From a virus: a DNA stretch of 64,000 bases. Below, in pieces: positions 48,038-57,667 of this stretch (positions are counted from its first letter, which is position 1; every line of letters starts with the position of its first letter). Location of the stretch: positions 25,066-89,065 of the IMG/VR virus record IMGVR_UViG_3300044712_001401; one strand, given 5' to 3'. Position numbers and translations under genes: made by a program. Below the pieces are notes generated by a model. The model did not search any database and had not been told where the DNA came from. It worked only from the letters and a program-made list of their open reading frames with translations.

Positions 48038-49126
48038 ATGCAGGCGGAGCGGGTGGGAGCCCTTGCGCGGGCGTTATTGTCCGGGGGCGTAGTCGGAAGC
48101 CTAGGAGCCGAAGCGGCGGTCGTGGCTTTGGCAATCGCGGTTCATGGTCGCGACGATACGAGCCATCTGGCGCAATGTCTCGGGATTAGTGAGCGGAGCG
48201 TTCGGCGACACCGGGCCGCAGCCGAGCGGGCCGGGATTATTCCGGCGGGCGACGGAACGCACCAGGGGCTCGCGGACGCGACGATAGGCTCGGCGACGAG
48301 CGGAGAGCCAAGCGACAGCGTCCGGACGCGTCTGGCGAGCCATGCGGCGACGGAGAGCGACGCGAGGCAGGCTGGAAGCGATGGCGACGAGGCGGAACGA
48401 GGCGCGGCCAAATCTGGCCGGGATCGAGGCGATGGCAGCGAAGCGAGCGGCCAAATCTGGCCGGAGCCAGTCCTAACGGGTGGTTTGCATCGGCCAAATC
48501 TGGCCGATGGCACTTCCGACGGGGGGTTGCTCGCGGCCAAATCTGGCCGGGAGCGGCCAAATCTGGCCGGAGCCTCGCGCGAAGAATCTAGTTTAAACCC
48601 AGCACTACGGTTCCGGTCTTCTCCTGGCGCATTAAATCACGGCGCGCCGCGCCGCGCCGTATTTGGATTTCGGTTGTCCGAAGATGACATCGAGACGTTT
48701 CCGACGATTCCGGGGATCGACGGGATCAAGCGTCGACGAGTTGCGCCGCTCGCTCGGGGCTCGCTCGTGGACGGCTGCGACGTGTGCCGAGTTCTTCCGG
48801 CGGATATCTGCCGGGATATTCAACGGCTTGTTGTGTGGTGGCGTCAGCAAATCGGAGTGTCCGGGGCGGTTACTGGGGACTCGGGGCTAGAGTTGGTTTT
48901 AGTCGTGGCGAAGGCGTTGGCGATTGCTCGCGGCGGGAGTCGCGTGCGGAATACGGCTGCTGTGCTCGTGTCGTGTTTTCGGTCGGGGGCGTGGCGACAG
49001 GAGCGAGATTGTTTGGCGGACGCGGTGCGGTGGGTTTCTCGGCTCGTCGAGACGGGCGACGTTGCGTGGGCGACGTCGGACGACGAGCGGGATTTGATTT
49101 CTTGGAAGACGGGAGCGGTCGGATGA
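48038..49126 (+). CDS. Putative replication initiator (N-terminal HTH, internal iterons)
   Basis: LAQCLGISERSVRRH HTH; contains iterons; overlaps the dnaB start. Confidence 0.7.
   Translation: MQAERVGALARALLSGGVVGSLGAEAAVVALAIAVHGRDDTSHLAQCLGISERSVRRHRAAAERAGIIPAGDGTHQGLADATIGSATSGEPSDSVRTRLASHAATESDARQAGSDGDEAERGAAKSGRDRGDGSEASGQIWPEPVLTGGLHRPNLADGTSDGGLLAAKSGRERPNLAGASREESSLNPALRFRSSPGALNHGAPRRAVFGFRLSEDDIETFPTIPGIDGIKRRRVAPLARGSLVDGCDVCRVLPADICRDIQRLVVWWRQQIGVSGAVTGDSGLELVLVVAKALAIARGGSRVRNTAAVLVSCFRSGAWRQERDCLADAVRWVSRLVETGDVAWATSDDERDLISWKTGAVG
48405..48569. repeat. Five iterons CGGCCAAATCTGGCCG (putative origin)
   Basis: Exact copies at 48405, 48448, 48491, 48534 and 48554, each with dyad symmetry; AT-rich TCTAGTTTAAAC follows. 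Confidence 0.85.
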
Positions 49127-50862
49127 GTTCTGGAGATTTTGGTCCAGTCGGGTCGCGGTCAACGAGACCGATAGCGACAAGCGAACAAGAGCGACGCGAG
49201 CAGCCTCCGGACGGCGAGCCGTCGGTGGCGGGCGTCTGGAGCGACGAGTTGCCGTTGCCGGACAACGGAACGCGGCAAGCGAACCGGCGAGCAGCAACGC
49301 AACGCGGCGGTCGCGGAGCGGCTCGCGCGGGGCGTCGCGCAGCGGAGAACGCTCCGCCGGATGTCGCAACGTCCGAGGCGTTGCGGCTTCCACCTGTCGA
49401 CGTCGAGGCGGAGACTTCGGTGATTGGCTCGGCTCTGTTATCGGCGGAGGCGTTCGATGAAATGGCGTTAGTGGTGAGTGACGCCGATTTCGCGGACCCC
49501 GTGCTCGCGGTGATGTGGCGAGCGATTGCAGCGATTCGGGAAGCAGGCCGGCCGCTCGACATCGTGCTCCTCGCGGAGCGTTTGCGGGCGGAGGGAACGT
49601 ACGAGCGGATTGGCGGAGCGGCCGGATTGCACCGGCTATTCAATGCGGTCCCGAACGCGGCGCACGGTAGATACTATGCCGGAATCGTGCGCTCAAAATC
49701 GATTCTGCGGCAGTTGTTGCTCGCGTCCGAAACGACGATTACAGAGACCTACGCCGAGGCGGCCGAGCCGGAGGCGATCTTGTCGGCGGCCGAGCAGCGA
49801 ATCTACGCCATCGCGGATCGAGGCGTTGCGGCGACAACTAGCGGCGTTGACGTGGGGGCGGTGCTTGCGGAGGCGATTGAAAGGATCGAGGCGAGACGCG
49901 GCGGGGGGCTCGTCGGCATGCCGACCGGGATTCACGACCTAGACGAAATTACGGGCGGGTTTAGGCGTCAAGAGTTTGTCGTGATCGGCGGACGGCCGTC
50001 GATGGGGAAAACGTCGCTCGGCTGGACGATTTGCCGGGCTGCGTCGCGAGCTGGGAATCGAGTGATGTTTGTCTCGCTCGAAATGTCGGCGCTAGAACTG
50101 GCGGACCGGGCGTTGTGTATGGAAGCTCGCGTTAACCTGCACCGCGCTCGCTCGGGGACAATCTCGAACGAGGACCGGGCTAGGCTCGTCGAATCGGCGG
50201 GTGAAATTTCGTGCCTGCCGATTGTCTTTGACGACACGCCGGCGCGACGCGTGGCGCAAATCGCGGCGTTGGCTAGACGCGAGCAACGACGGTCGGGACG
50301 GCTCGACATGATCGTGATCGACTACCTGCAACTCGTCGAACCGGACTCGTCGCGAGACCCACGACAAGAGCAAGTCGCGAAGATCGCGCGGCGGCTCAAG
50401 CTCCTGGCTCGCGAGCTAAACGTATGCGTGGTGGCTTTGGCTCAAGTCAATCGGCAAAGCGACCGCGCCGGCGAGCCACCAAGGCTCTCGGACCTTCGCG
50501 AGTCGGGGGCGATCGAGCAGGATGCGGACGTGGTGGTGTTTGCGCATCGGCCGGCGTACTACGGGAAAGGGGACGTCGAGCCGACGGCCGACGCGGAACC
50601 GGCGGAGCTACACGTCGCCAAGCAACGGAACGGTCCATGCGGACAAGTCGATGTGATTTGGATGCGGCGGTTTGCGGCATACACGGATCGAGCGAGCGAG
50701 CGGTACGACGGCGACGAGTGGACCCCATATCGGGAGTCGTCCTCGCCTGGGGCGTACGATTTCGGTCCGATGTCGACTCCGCCGGCCGAGCCGACAATAC
50801 CGGGGGTTCCTAGCGTCGATACGCCGGTGTCGAATCCAGCGAATCGACGCGACTTGTTTTAG
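49123..50862 (+). CDS. dnaB: Replicative DNA helicase
   Basis: GGRPSMGKT, SLEMS, IVIDYLQL, LAQVNR, DLRESGAIEQDAD and KQRNGP. Confidence 0.95.
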   Translation: MSSGDFGPVGSRSTRPIATSEQERREQPPDGEPSVAGVWSDELPLPDNGTRQANRRAATQRGGRGAARAGRRAAENAPPDVATSEALRLPPVDVEAETSVIGSALLSAEAFDEMALVVSDADFADPVLAVMWRAIAAIREAGRPLDIVLLAERLRAEGTYERIGGAAGLHRLFNAVPNAAHGRYYAGIVRSKSILRQLLLASETTITETYAEAAEPEAILSAAEQRIYAIADRGVAATTSGVDVGAVLAEAIERIEARRGGGLVGMPTGIHDLDEITGGFRRQEFVVIGGRPSMGKTSLGWTICRAASRAGNRVMFVSLEMSALELADRALCMEARVNLHRARSGTISNEDRARLVESAGEISCLPIVFDDTPARRVAQIAALARREQRRSGRLDMIVIDYLQLVEPDSSRDPRQEQVAKIARRLKLLARELNVCVVALAQVNRQSDRAGEPPRLSDLRESGAIEQDADVVVFAHRPAYYGKGDVEPTADAEPAELHVAKQRNGPCGQVDVIWMRRFAAYTDRASERYDGDEWTPYRESSSPGAYDFGPMSTPPAEPTIPGVPSVDTPVSNPANRRDLF

Positions 50863-50912
50863 GCGTGGCGTTGTGCTAATCTTCTCGACGCGGATTCGTC
50901 TCCCGCGCTCAG

Positions 50913-50953
50913 AGCCCCGCTGTGATTCCCGTCCGGCGGGGCTTTCTTTTTTT
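50913..50953 (+). terminator. Probable terminator after dnaB
   Basis: AGCCCCGC/GCGGGGCT stem followed by a T tract. Confidence 0.6.
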
Positions 50954-50985
50954 CCGGATTCTTTTCCGGATTCGCTCGCCTGCTA

Positions 50986-51073
50986 TTGCATCCTATTCCG
51001 AAGGTGGTAGTATTACCCCATCGGACGCGGGTTGCGGCCGAGGCGGAAAGACGAGACGACGGGAGACGGGAAG
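50986..51073 (+). promoter_or_regulatory. Repeated promoter/leader element, copy 4
   Basis: TTGCAT-16-TAGTAT, TACCCCATCGGACG and GACGGGAGACGGGAAG then ATG. Confidence 0.75.
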
Positions 51074-51460
51074 ATGTGCCAGACGACGAAAACCGAACGC
51101 GGAACCATCAAGACTTGCAAGCGCTGCGGCGGAAAAGGATTCGGGAATTGGGCGGTCGCTCATCTTGGGGTTCCTGGGCTCTGCATGGCCTGCAACGGCT
51201 CGGGGCAAGTCGTCGCCTTCTCGATGGCGACGCGGGTCGCTCAATATTTGTCGCGGATGCAGGCTTGGGCGGACAAGCTAGAAACCAACGCGAACAAGCT
51301 GGAAACGGCATTGCAAAACAAGCGGTTTGGCTCGGACTTTCATCAACAACAAGTCGCGAGCTTTCGGGCGAAGCGGGTTGAAGTTTTGGCGGACATCGCA
51401 CGCGTCGCAGCGGCCGGAAAGGTTTCGGCGAAAGAGCAAGCGGCGAGCGGACCGGCTTAG
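51074..51460 (+). CDS. DnaJ-type Zn-finger hypothetical protein
   Basis: CKRCGGKG...CMACNGSG. Confidence 0.7.
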   Translation: MCQTTKTERGTIKTCKRCGGKGFGNWAVAHLGVPGLCMACNGSGQVVAFSMATRVAQYLSRMQAWADKLETNANKLETALQNKRFGSDFHQQQVASFRAKRVEVLADIARVAAAGKVSAKEQAASGPA

Positions 51461-51475
51461 AAAAAAGACGGAGCG

Positions 51476-51569
51476 GGGGCTTGCATCCTATTCCGTATGC
51501 GGTAGGATGTTGGAGTCGGACGCACGGGGCGGACGACGAGACGAAACGACTACAACGGGAGACGGGAAG
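51476..51569 (+). promoter_or_regulatory. Repeated promoter/leader element, copy 5
   Basis: TTGCAT(51481)-16-TAGGAT; TCGGACGCACGGGGCGGACG; ACGGGAGACGGGAAG then ATG. Confidence 0.72.
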
Positions 51570-52121
51570 ATGGCAATTGCAACGGAACGCGTCGGGGCGC
51601 GAGTGTACGTCACTGGGAACACGTACGAGATTCGCGGGCAACTAAAAAACGCCGGCTGCCACTGGGATGGCGATCGCAAGGCGTGGTGGATCGGGGCAGC
51701 TAAGGCGTCCGAGCTTGAAAGTCTGATCGCGGGGCTCGGCTCTGCGCCGGCGGCCGCGCAAAGCTCGGAGCAACGCGAGGACGTCTCGGGGCGACCTGTC
51801 TACGGGAAGGTTGAGTACAAGGGGCGAGCCTATTACGTCATCGGAATTTCTCAACGAACCGGAAAACTCTGGCTTACTGTGCTCGACGGCTCAATCAATT
51901 TTTGGGCTGCGGAAACCGCGTGCCGGTGGACCAAGACGTACGAGCCGCGAGAGTATCGCGGGCGACGCGAGCACCAGACGCTCGGCGGGCTGCGACGCTT
52001 TATCGAACGCTCGCGGGAAGCGGACCGAGAGATTGCGGCCGGGCGAATCCCGCACGGGTACGCGATTGACCGCGAAGACGGCCAAGTAAAACGCCGCTCC
52101 GAGTGCGATATGCCGGAGTAG
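51570..52121 (+). CDS. Hypothetical protein with DUF5710-like N-terminus
   Basis: GNTYEIRGQLKNAGCHWDGDRKAWW. Confidence 0.65.
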   Translation: MAIATERVGARVYVTGNTYEIRGQLKNAGCHWDGDRKAWWIGAAKASELESLIAGLGSAPAAAQSSEQREDVSGRPVYGKVEYKGRAYYVIGISQRTGKLWLTVLDGSINFWAAETACRWTKTYEPREYRGRREHQTLGGLRRFIERSREADREIAAGRIPHGYAIDREDGQVKRRSECDMPE

Positions 52122-52174
52122 GCGACGAGCACAACGCCGGCCGGAGAACGCTCCGGCCGGATTGGGAGGAAAAG

Positions 52175-52564
52175 ATGAGCAAAAAAAAGAGCGAGCCGAT
52201 CGACTTGCCACGACTCGAAACTGCGTACGGGAACACCGTGCTGGTGCGGGCCGATGGGTTTGTTTGCGTCGCGGGGGTCGACTATTCGACGTGCCACATC
52301 GAGGTGGCAGGCGTTAACGACGACGTCTTAGTGTTGTACGTCCCGAGCCGCACCGCGTACCTCAGCCGAATGTCTCGGTCAAAGCATTGCTCGCCCGAAT
52401 ATCTGGTGTTCCGGATTAAGTCGCTATCGGTCGACGAGAGCGGGACTCGCAAATACGAGGTGCAGCCGCTCGGGTCGATCGACGTTGGGCGAGACACAAT
52501 AAAAGAGCGGCGGATGCGTTGGGCGGCGCAAATCGAGTCGCGGCGAACTAAGCCGGGAGGCTAA
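52175..52564 (+). CDS. Hypothetical protein
   Basis: GGAGG RBS and ATG. Confidence 0.6.
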   Translation: MSKKKSEPIDLPRLETAYGNTVLVRADGFVCVAGVDYSTCHIEVAGVNDDVLVLYVPSRTAYLSRMSRSKHCSPEYLVFRIKSLSVDESGTRKYEVQPLGSIDVGRDTIKERRMRWAAQIESRRTKPGG

Positions 52565-52565
52565 T

Positions 52566-53015
52566 GTGACGGAGTTAAAGCGAGTGCTAGAGCGGCTTAC
52601 GTCGCCTTATGACGACCGCTCGTGGCTAGAGTGCGATGGTCTCACGCGGGTGCTCGCGTACGTGCTCGCGGGGGCCGGCGTTCCACATCGGGCAATGGTT
52701 GGTCGCGTCGAGTATTCCGGGCATGAGTTCGAGCCGCATTTCTGGCTCGTCGTCGAGCCGTGGATTATCGATTATCGGCTGCGAATGTGGCTCGGACCAT
52801 CGGCTCCGCACGGCGTGTTTTTGCTGGAACACGGGACGCCTAGACAGGACCGCTCACGCTATGGCACCGGCGAGCACCCGGACTATCACGGGCGGGTGTG
52901 TCAGTTCTTGGCAACAGAAACGATTTTCGAACTTTTATCGGGGCGGAAAGCGGAGACGGCAACGTGGCAAGCGATCATGCAAGGCAAAAAGTTTGCGACG
53001 CGATCGAGCGAGTGA
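52566..53015 (+). CDS. Transglutaminase-like (Cys-His-Asp) hypothetical protein
   Basis: ECDGLTRVL...PHFWL...IID. Confidence 0.5.
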   Translation: MTELKRVLERLTSPYDDRSWLECDGLTRVLAYVLAGAGVPHRAMVGRVEYSGHEFEPHFWLVVEPWIIDYRLRMWLGPSAPHGVFLLEHGTPRQDRSRYGTGEHPDYHGRVCQFLATETIFELLSGRKAETATWQAIMQGKKFATRSSE

Positions 53016-53536
53016 CGCTCGACGTACTCGCGGCGGGGCGTGCCAGTATCGGTCCAAACGAGTGCGTGCGGTGGGCGTTTGTCTTGCTGCAAGAGTTGAC
53101 TTGCCGACGCTCGATGCCGCGAGCAATCTTCCAATCGGGCACCGCTATGTTTCCAATGCTCTCGCAAGGAACGCCGGACGACGGCGGTGAAACGCACTTT
53201 TCGTACGTGTGGGAGTTGAGCGAGCAGACGCGGCGACGCGTCGAACGCGGCGTGATGCCAGAAATGCACGCGTGGGTTGCGGTGCCGGATCACGGCATCA
53301 TCGTCGATGCAACGCTAGGGTTTCAGCGCGAGAACTACACGCGGACGCAGGCGATAGCGAACGCTGACGCGTCACGTTGGACGAACGCCGAGTTGCCGGC
53401 GGTGTTCGTCGGAGACTCCGAGGACGCTGGACGACTGCGACTTTCGTATCGTGCGGACATGGCGGCGATCGAGTGCGTGCACGTATTGCGCGAGCCGACG
53501 TTGGCTCGTCGCTGGATTAGGCATTATTTTGACTAG
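53012..53536 (+). CDS. Transglutaminase-like (Cys-His-Asp) hypothetical protein
   Basis: ECVRWA...MHAWV...IVDAT; start uncertain. Confidence 0.45.
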   Translation: MTLDVLAAGRASIGPNECVRWAFVLLQELTCRRSMPRAIFQSGTAMFPMLSQGTPDDGGETHFSYVWELSEQTRRRVERGVMPEMHAWVAVPDHGIIVDATLGFQRENYTRTQAIANADASRWTNAELPAVFVGDSEDAGRLRLSYRADMAAIECVHVLREPTLARRWIRHYFD

Positions 53537-53546
53537 GAGACGACGG

Positions 53547-54611
53547 ATGGCGGAACAATCGAAGATTGCGTGGACGACGTCGACTTGGAATCCGTGGCGA
53601 GGCTGCACCAAAGTGGCCGAGGGCTGCCGGAACTGTTACGCGGAAAAACTCGCCGAGCGATTTCCGGATACGTTTGGTGTCTGGGGCGACGCTGGTGCTA
53701 GGGTGGTCGCGTCCGAAAAGCAATGGAACGAGCCGAAACGCTGGGAGACGCGAGCCGCAAACGCGAAGCCGGGTGATGCTCCGTGGTATGTGTTCTGCGC
53801 CTCGCTCGCGGACGTCTTCGAGTACTGGCGAGGATCTTTGCGGCATAGCGCGGGTGTCACGATGCGCCTAATGCACGAGCCAAACGGGCATCCTTTGAAA
53901 TGGGGAGCCGGCGTCGTGCTCGATCACCCTGGAACCGGGCGACTGTTGACAATGCAAGACGCAAGGCAGCGGGTGTTTGATACGTGGCAAGCGACTCCGC
54001 ACTTGCGGTGGCTCGTGCTTACGAAGCGACCGAAAAACATTCTTCCGATGCTCGACGGCCGGAAGTTTCCAAACGTCATGTTTGGGACGTCGGCGGCGAT
54101 TCAAGACGACGTTGACCGGCTGCTGCCGTATCTAATCGCGGTCAAACGTGCTGGTGTGTGTGCCGGCGTGTTTTTATCGGCCGAGCCACAAGTCGAGCGG
54201 CTTACGCTCGATCACGACTACGATGCGACCAGCGGATTGACGCGGCGATGGCTCGGACCGGGCGGTCTAGATTGGGTGATTATTGGGGGCGAGAGCGGGC
54301 AAAACGCAAGGCTTTTTTGCGTCGATTGGGCACGTGATTTAATCGACGAGTGCCGCGCCGCTGGGACCGCTTGTTTTTTCAAGCAAACCGGCTCGGTCAC
54401 GATGATGAGTCGAGACAGCATCGAGCGACGAAGAGCGGGCAATAATCCGGAGAATGAGTGGCCGGAGGGAACGTCGTTTACTTCGCGAGCGTGCGACATT
54501 GGAACCGAATGGCAGGGGCACTTGGTCGCGTTGCGCAGTACGAAAGGCGAAGATCCGGCCGAGTGGCCGGAGTGGTTGCGTGTCCGAGAATTCCCAACGT
54601 GCTTTGAGTAG
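53547..54611 (+). CDS. DUF5131 / phage Gp37Gp68 family protein
   Basis: WNPWRGCTKVAEGCRNCYA, LTKRP, DWVIIGGESG and FFKQ. Confidence 0.9.
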   Translation: MAEQSKIAWTTSTWNPWRGCTKVAEGCRNCYAEKLAERFPDTFGVWGDAGARVVASEKQWNEPKRWETRAANAKPGDAPWYVFCASLADVFEYWRGSLRHSAGVTMRLMHEPNGHPLKWGAGVVLDHPGTGRLLTMQDARQRVFDTWQATPHLRWLVLTKRPKNILPMLDGRKFPNVMFGTSAAIQDDVDRLLPYLIAVKRAGVCAGVFLSAEPQVERLTLDHDYDATSGLTRRWLGPGGLDWVIIGGESGQNARLFCVDWARDLIDECRAAGTACFFKQTGSVTMMSRDSIERRRAGNNPENEWPEGTSFTSRACDIGTEWQGHLVALRSTKGEDPAEWPEWLRVREFPTCFE

Positions 54612-54624
54612 GCGAGGCGAAGTC

Positions 54625-54861
54625 ATGAACGCCACGACGTGCCGAGCGTGCGGAGAGCGTTTGCGAAACGTCGCGATGGAGCGGCGAAAAATTCGCAAAA
54701 CGCGAAACCAACCGATTGTGGACGAAGAGCTAGACTACTGCCTAGATTGTGCTGATGAAATGTTTTTTGGTGTGCTGGCTTGTCAGCGTTCCTTGGGAGA
54801 GTTCCGGTTTGGGACTCGCGGCGGAGATCGCGTGATTCGCTCAACGAGAGGGCTTGCGTGA
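54625..54861 (+). CDS. Small Zn-binding hypothetical protein
   Basis: CRAC...CLDC. Confidence 0.5.
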   Translation: MNATTCRACGERLRNVAMERRKIRKTRNQPIVDEELDYCLDCADEMFFGVLACQRSLGEFRFGTRGGDRVIRSTRGLA

Positions 54862-55211
54862 GTATTAATCGCACCAAACCGCGCGTACGACGTAGCGCCA
54901 AGTGGGAGGCATTGTCAAAGCGGATTATTGCCAAGCACCCCTACTGCGCGGTGTGTGGCAACACGACAAAGCGAGAGCTACGCGGACATCACAAAGTGCC
55001 GGTTCACGTCGATCCGTCGCGCGAGCTTGACGAAGCGAATGTCGTTGTTCTCTGTCAAGGTAAGACCGTCAATTGTCACTTGTTGGTTGGGCATTTAATG
55101 AGCTGGCGGTCGTGGAACGTCGCGGTCGATTCCGATATTGCAAGGCTCGCGTCGGCAATTCAATCGCGGCCGATGCTCGCTCAAAAAACACAACCGGAGA
55201 GCAACTCATGA
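54858..55211 (+). CDS. HNH endonuclease
   Basis: CAVCG, HHKVPVH, NVVVLC and NCHLLVGH. Confidence 0.85.
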   Translation: MSINRTKPRVRRSAKWEALSKRIIAKHPYCAVCGNTTKRELRGHHKVPVHVDPSRELDEANVVVLCQGKTVNCHLLVGHLMSWRSWNVAVDSDIARLASAIQSRPMLAQKTQPESNS

Positions 55212-55804
55212 TCAAAGCGGACAAGGAGGAAAGTTTTGGCTGCGTCGGCTCGTCAATTGTCTTGCGGTCTGGACGTTACATCGACCTGTTGAATCCAAAG
55301 CCGAGCGATATTCGGATCGAAGACATTGCGGCGGCGTTGGCGAAGCTCTGTCGATTTGGCGGGCATTGCTCGCGGTTCTATTCCGTCGCAGAACACTCGA
55401 TACACGCGGCATCAATTGTCAAAGACGACGGCGCGGAGCGTCTCGCAATACTGGCGACGCTGCTACACGATGCGGCAGAGGCATACATCGGCGACGTCGT
55501 CCGGCCGTTGAAGCGAGTGCTCGGCGAGCGCGTGCGTCAAATCGAGGAGCGAATTCTAGCGGTCGTGTCGGACCGGTTTCTAGTCGACGTGATGGCGTAC
55601 AAACCGGTGTGGGAGCCTGTCGACAATGCGCTTTTGATTGCCGAGCGCAACGCGTTGTTTCCGTCGCGAATGAGTGGCGATCCGGTGTGGCATCTGGAAG
55701 ACAGAGTGCGAAAGGTGCGTTTGTTTTCGTTCGGATATTCCTCCGAAAAATCGGAGAAAGCATTTTTGGACTTTTTTGACAGTCTATCGGGGAGCGTCTC
55801 GTGA
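55208..55804 (+). CDS. HD-domain phosphohydrolase (YfdR/YfbR-like 5'-deoxynucleotidase)
   Basis: RFGGH, YSVAEHS and LLHDAAEAYIGD. Confidence 0.88.
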   Translation: MIKADKEESFGCVGSSIVLRSGRYIDLLNPKPSDIRIEDIAAALAKLCRFGGHCSRFYSVAEHSIHAASIVKDDGAERLAILATLLHDAAEAYIGDVVRPLKRVLGERVRQIEERILAVVSDRFLVDVMAYKPVWEPVDNALLIAERNALFPSRMSGDPVWHLEDRVRKVRLFSFGYSSEKSEKAFLDFFDSLSGSVS

Positions 55805-56238
55805 AAGTGATTTTTGACGACGCAGAGTTCAGCCGAGTCATTAAGGGCTCGGCGGGTAGTGTTGACGCAAGCGAAGTCGCGGTCGTCGTGCGAGAGCACG
55901 GAACGGAGCAAGGCAATCCAGTTGCGGCGTTCACGTTTTTGGTGCGAACGGAAAACGGTCCTTTGCGCGTGCAAGCGACGTCGACGGTCCGTTCGTTTCT
56001 GCTACTTGCGGCGGCGCTACGCGGCAAGTTTGAGCATCTTGATTTAGAAGCTCCAGTGCCGCTCCCGGAGAACGCACCGAAAACGATTCGCGGCATCGTC
56101 GATGGCGTTGGCTATGATGCGGTGCTCATGGAGCGGGTCTACTTGGTGCATGCGGACGGGTCCGGCATCGGGATCGCGACTACCGAGGCGGAAATCCCAG
56201 TCATCGCAAAGGCGTTGGATTCGCGACGCGTTCGCTGA
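55801..56238 (+). CDS. Hypothetical protein
   Basis: GGAG RBS; GTGA overlap. Confidence 0.55.
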   Translation: MKVIFDDAEFSRVIKGSAGSVDASEVAVVVREHGTEQGNPVAAFTFLVRTENGPLRVQATSTVRSFLLLAAALRGKFEHLDLEAPVPLPENAPKTIRGIVDGVGYDAVLMERVYLVHADGSGIGIATTEAEIPVIAKALDSRRVR

Positions 56239-56240
56239 TT

Positions 56241-56876
56241 TTGCATAGAAACCGGGGTGTCCTCTTGATTCGTCTGGTCGGTAACGCGTCGATTGTGCTG
56301 CCGTTGCCACCCAAGGCTCTCGACCCAAATGCTAGGCCGTCGCGATGGGGGAAAATTCGCGCGAAGTCCAAATATAGAAAGCAAGTTGCCGAGGCTGGAA
56401 TCGCGTGGATTATTGATCGTTACGGCTGCCTAGCGAAGCCAAACTTTCGGCAAGAACGAGTGCGTCTTGTCTATCAATTTGGGCGACGAGCAAAGCGACG
56501 CGACCCGGATAATTTGATCGCGTGGGCTAAGGCGGCGATTGATGGATTGGTGGACGCGGGGATTTTTGCCGACGATAGCCAATTGACTTACGATCCACCA
56601 ACGCAAACGACGGGCGTAGACCTGCCGTCGTTGATCGTCGAGATTGTTTCGGTGGGGTGGAAAAGCGAAGCGACGCAAGAAGACAAACCACCAAAACAAC
56701 GCGAGCAATTATCAGGTGACGACGTCGGGCGAGTCGCGGCGGCGCTTGCGGCATGCGTTGACGTGTTAGAGAGCTTTTCGCTTACGGCGGTGGTCGCAAT
56801 TGGCAACCGAGAATCGCGACGCGTCGCGGCATTGTCGGACGCTCGCGCCGCTCTGGACGTACTAGGCCGCTCTTGA
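56241..56876 (+). CDS. RusA-like Holliday junction resolvase
   Basis: RRDPDNL...KAAIDGLVDAGIFADD; start uncertain. Confidence 0.75.
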   Translation: MHRNRGVLLIRLVGNASIVLPLPPKALDPNARPSRWGKIRAKSKYRKQVAEAGIAWIIDRYGCLAKPNFRQERVRLVYQFGRRAKRRDPDNLIAWAKAAIDGLVDAGIFADDSQLTYDPPTQTTGVDLPSLIVEIVSVGWKSEATQEDKPPKQREQLSGDDVGRVAAALAACVDVLESFSLTAVVAIGNRESRRVAALSDARAALDVLGRS

Positions 56877-56992
56877 CTCGGCTTTTTGCCGAACCGATAA
56901 CTAGGCGATTCTGCCGGCGGTCAACGCGTGGACGTGGCGCGGTGCTGCGAGTCAACGCTTGACGCAGGCGGGTTTCTCTAGGAGACGTGTCG

Positions 56993-57616
56993 ATGCTTGG
57001 CAGATTCGTGCTGGCGGTGTTGTTGTCTTGCGTGACGTGCGGAGGAGCGATTCAAGCGACGGAGCCACCGGTAATCGCGGTGGATATCTCGACGCTCAGC
57101 GATGGATCATACGTGCTCGTAAAGGCAGGGGGGACCGTAACGCTGCGCCCTTTGCAACTGATTGTCCCATCGGTCGCTCCGACGCCGATTCCACCGCAGC
57201 CGCAACCGTCGGTGCTCACGGCTCGCCAAATCGCGTTTCGGGACAAAACGCAGGCGGTCGCGACGGACGCGGCGAAGGCTCAGGGGCCGGCGCTCGCGGC
57301 GCTTTATCGCCAAGTTGGCAAGTCGGTGCGGACGGGCCAGCTAGGCGACGCGGCGACAGCGGCGATGGCGACCAAAGCGGCGACCGATCTGCTGTTGACG
57401 ACGAACGCGGCTCCGTGGGCCGGCGTTCGGCAAACGCTCTCAGACGAGTGGACCAAGCTCCAAACGTCTGGCGCGCCTATCGCTTCTTACGCGGAATTAT
57501 TGGAAGACGCGGCGGTCGGCATTGAGGCGGCGAGCCCACGGGCAATTGACCCGGCAATGCTCGCGCTGATTCTCGAAATCGTCAAAATCATCTTGGCACT
57601 GTTCAAGCCTGTCTAA
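56993..57616 (+). CDS. Secreted/membrane-anchored protein
   Basis: N-terminal signal-like segment, Pro-rich linker and C-terminal hydrophobic helix. Confidence 0.65.
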   Translation: MLGRFVLAVLLSCVTCGGAIQATEPPVIAVDISTLSDGSYVLVKAGGTVTLRPLQLIVPSVAPTPIPPQPQPSVLTARQIAFRDKTQAVATDAAKAQGPALAALYRQVGKSVRTGQLGDAATAAMATKAATDLLLTTNAAPWAGVRQTLSDEWTKLQTSGAPIASYAELLEDAAVGIEAASPRAIDPAMLALILEIVKIILALFKPV

Positions 57617-57667
57617 TCGATCGCGGTCCGCCGCACCAAACTGAAGCGCACGACGGAGAAATTGTCG

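Noticed and set aside
49123-50862. Intein in DnaB, a common insertion host
   Set aside because: The helicase motifs are contiguous with normal spacing and there are no Hint blocks.
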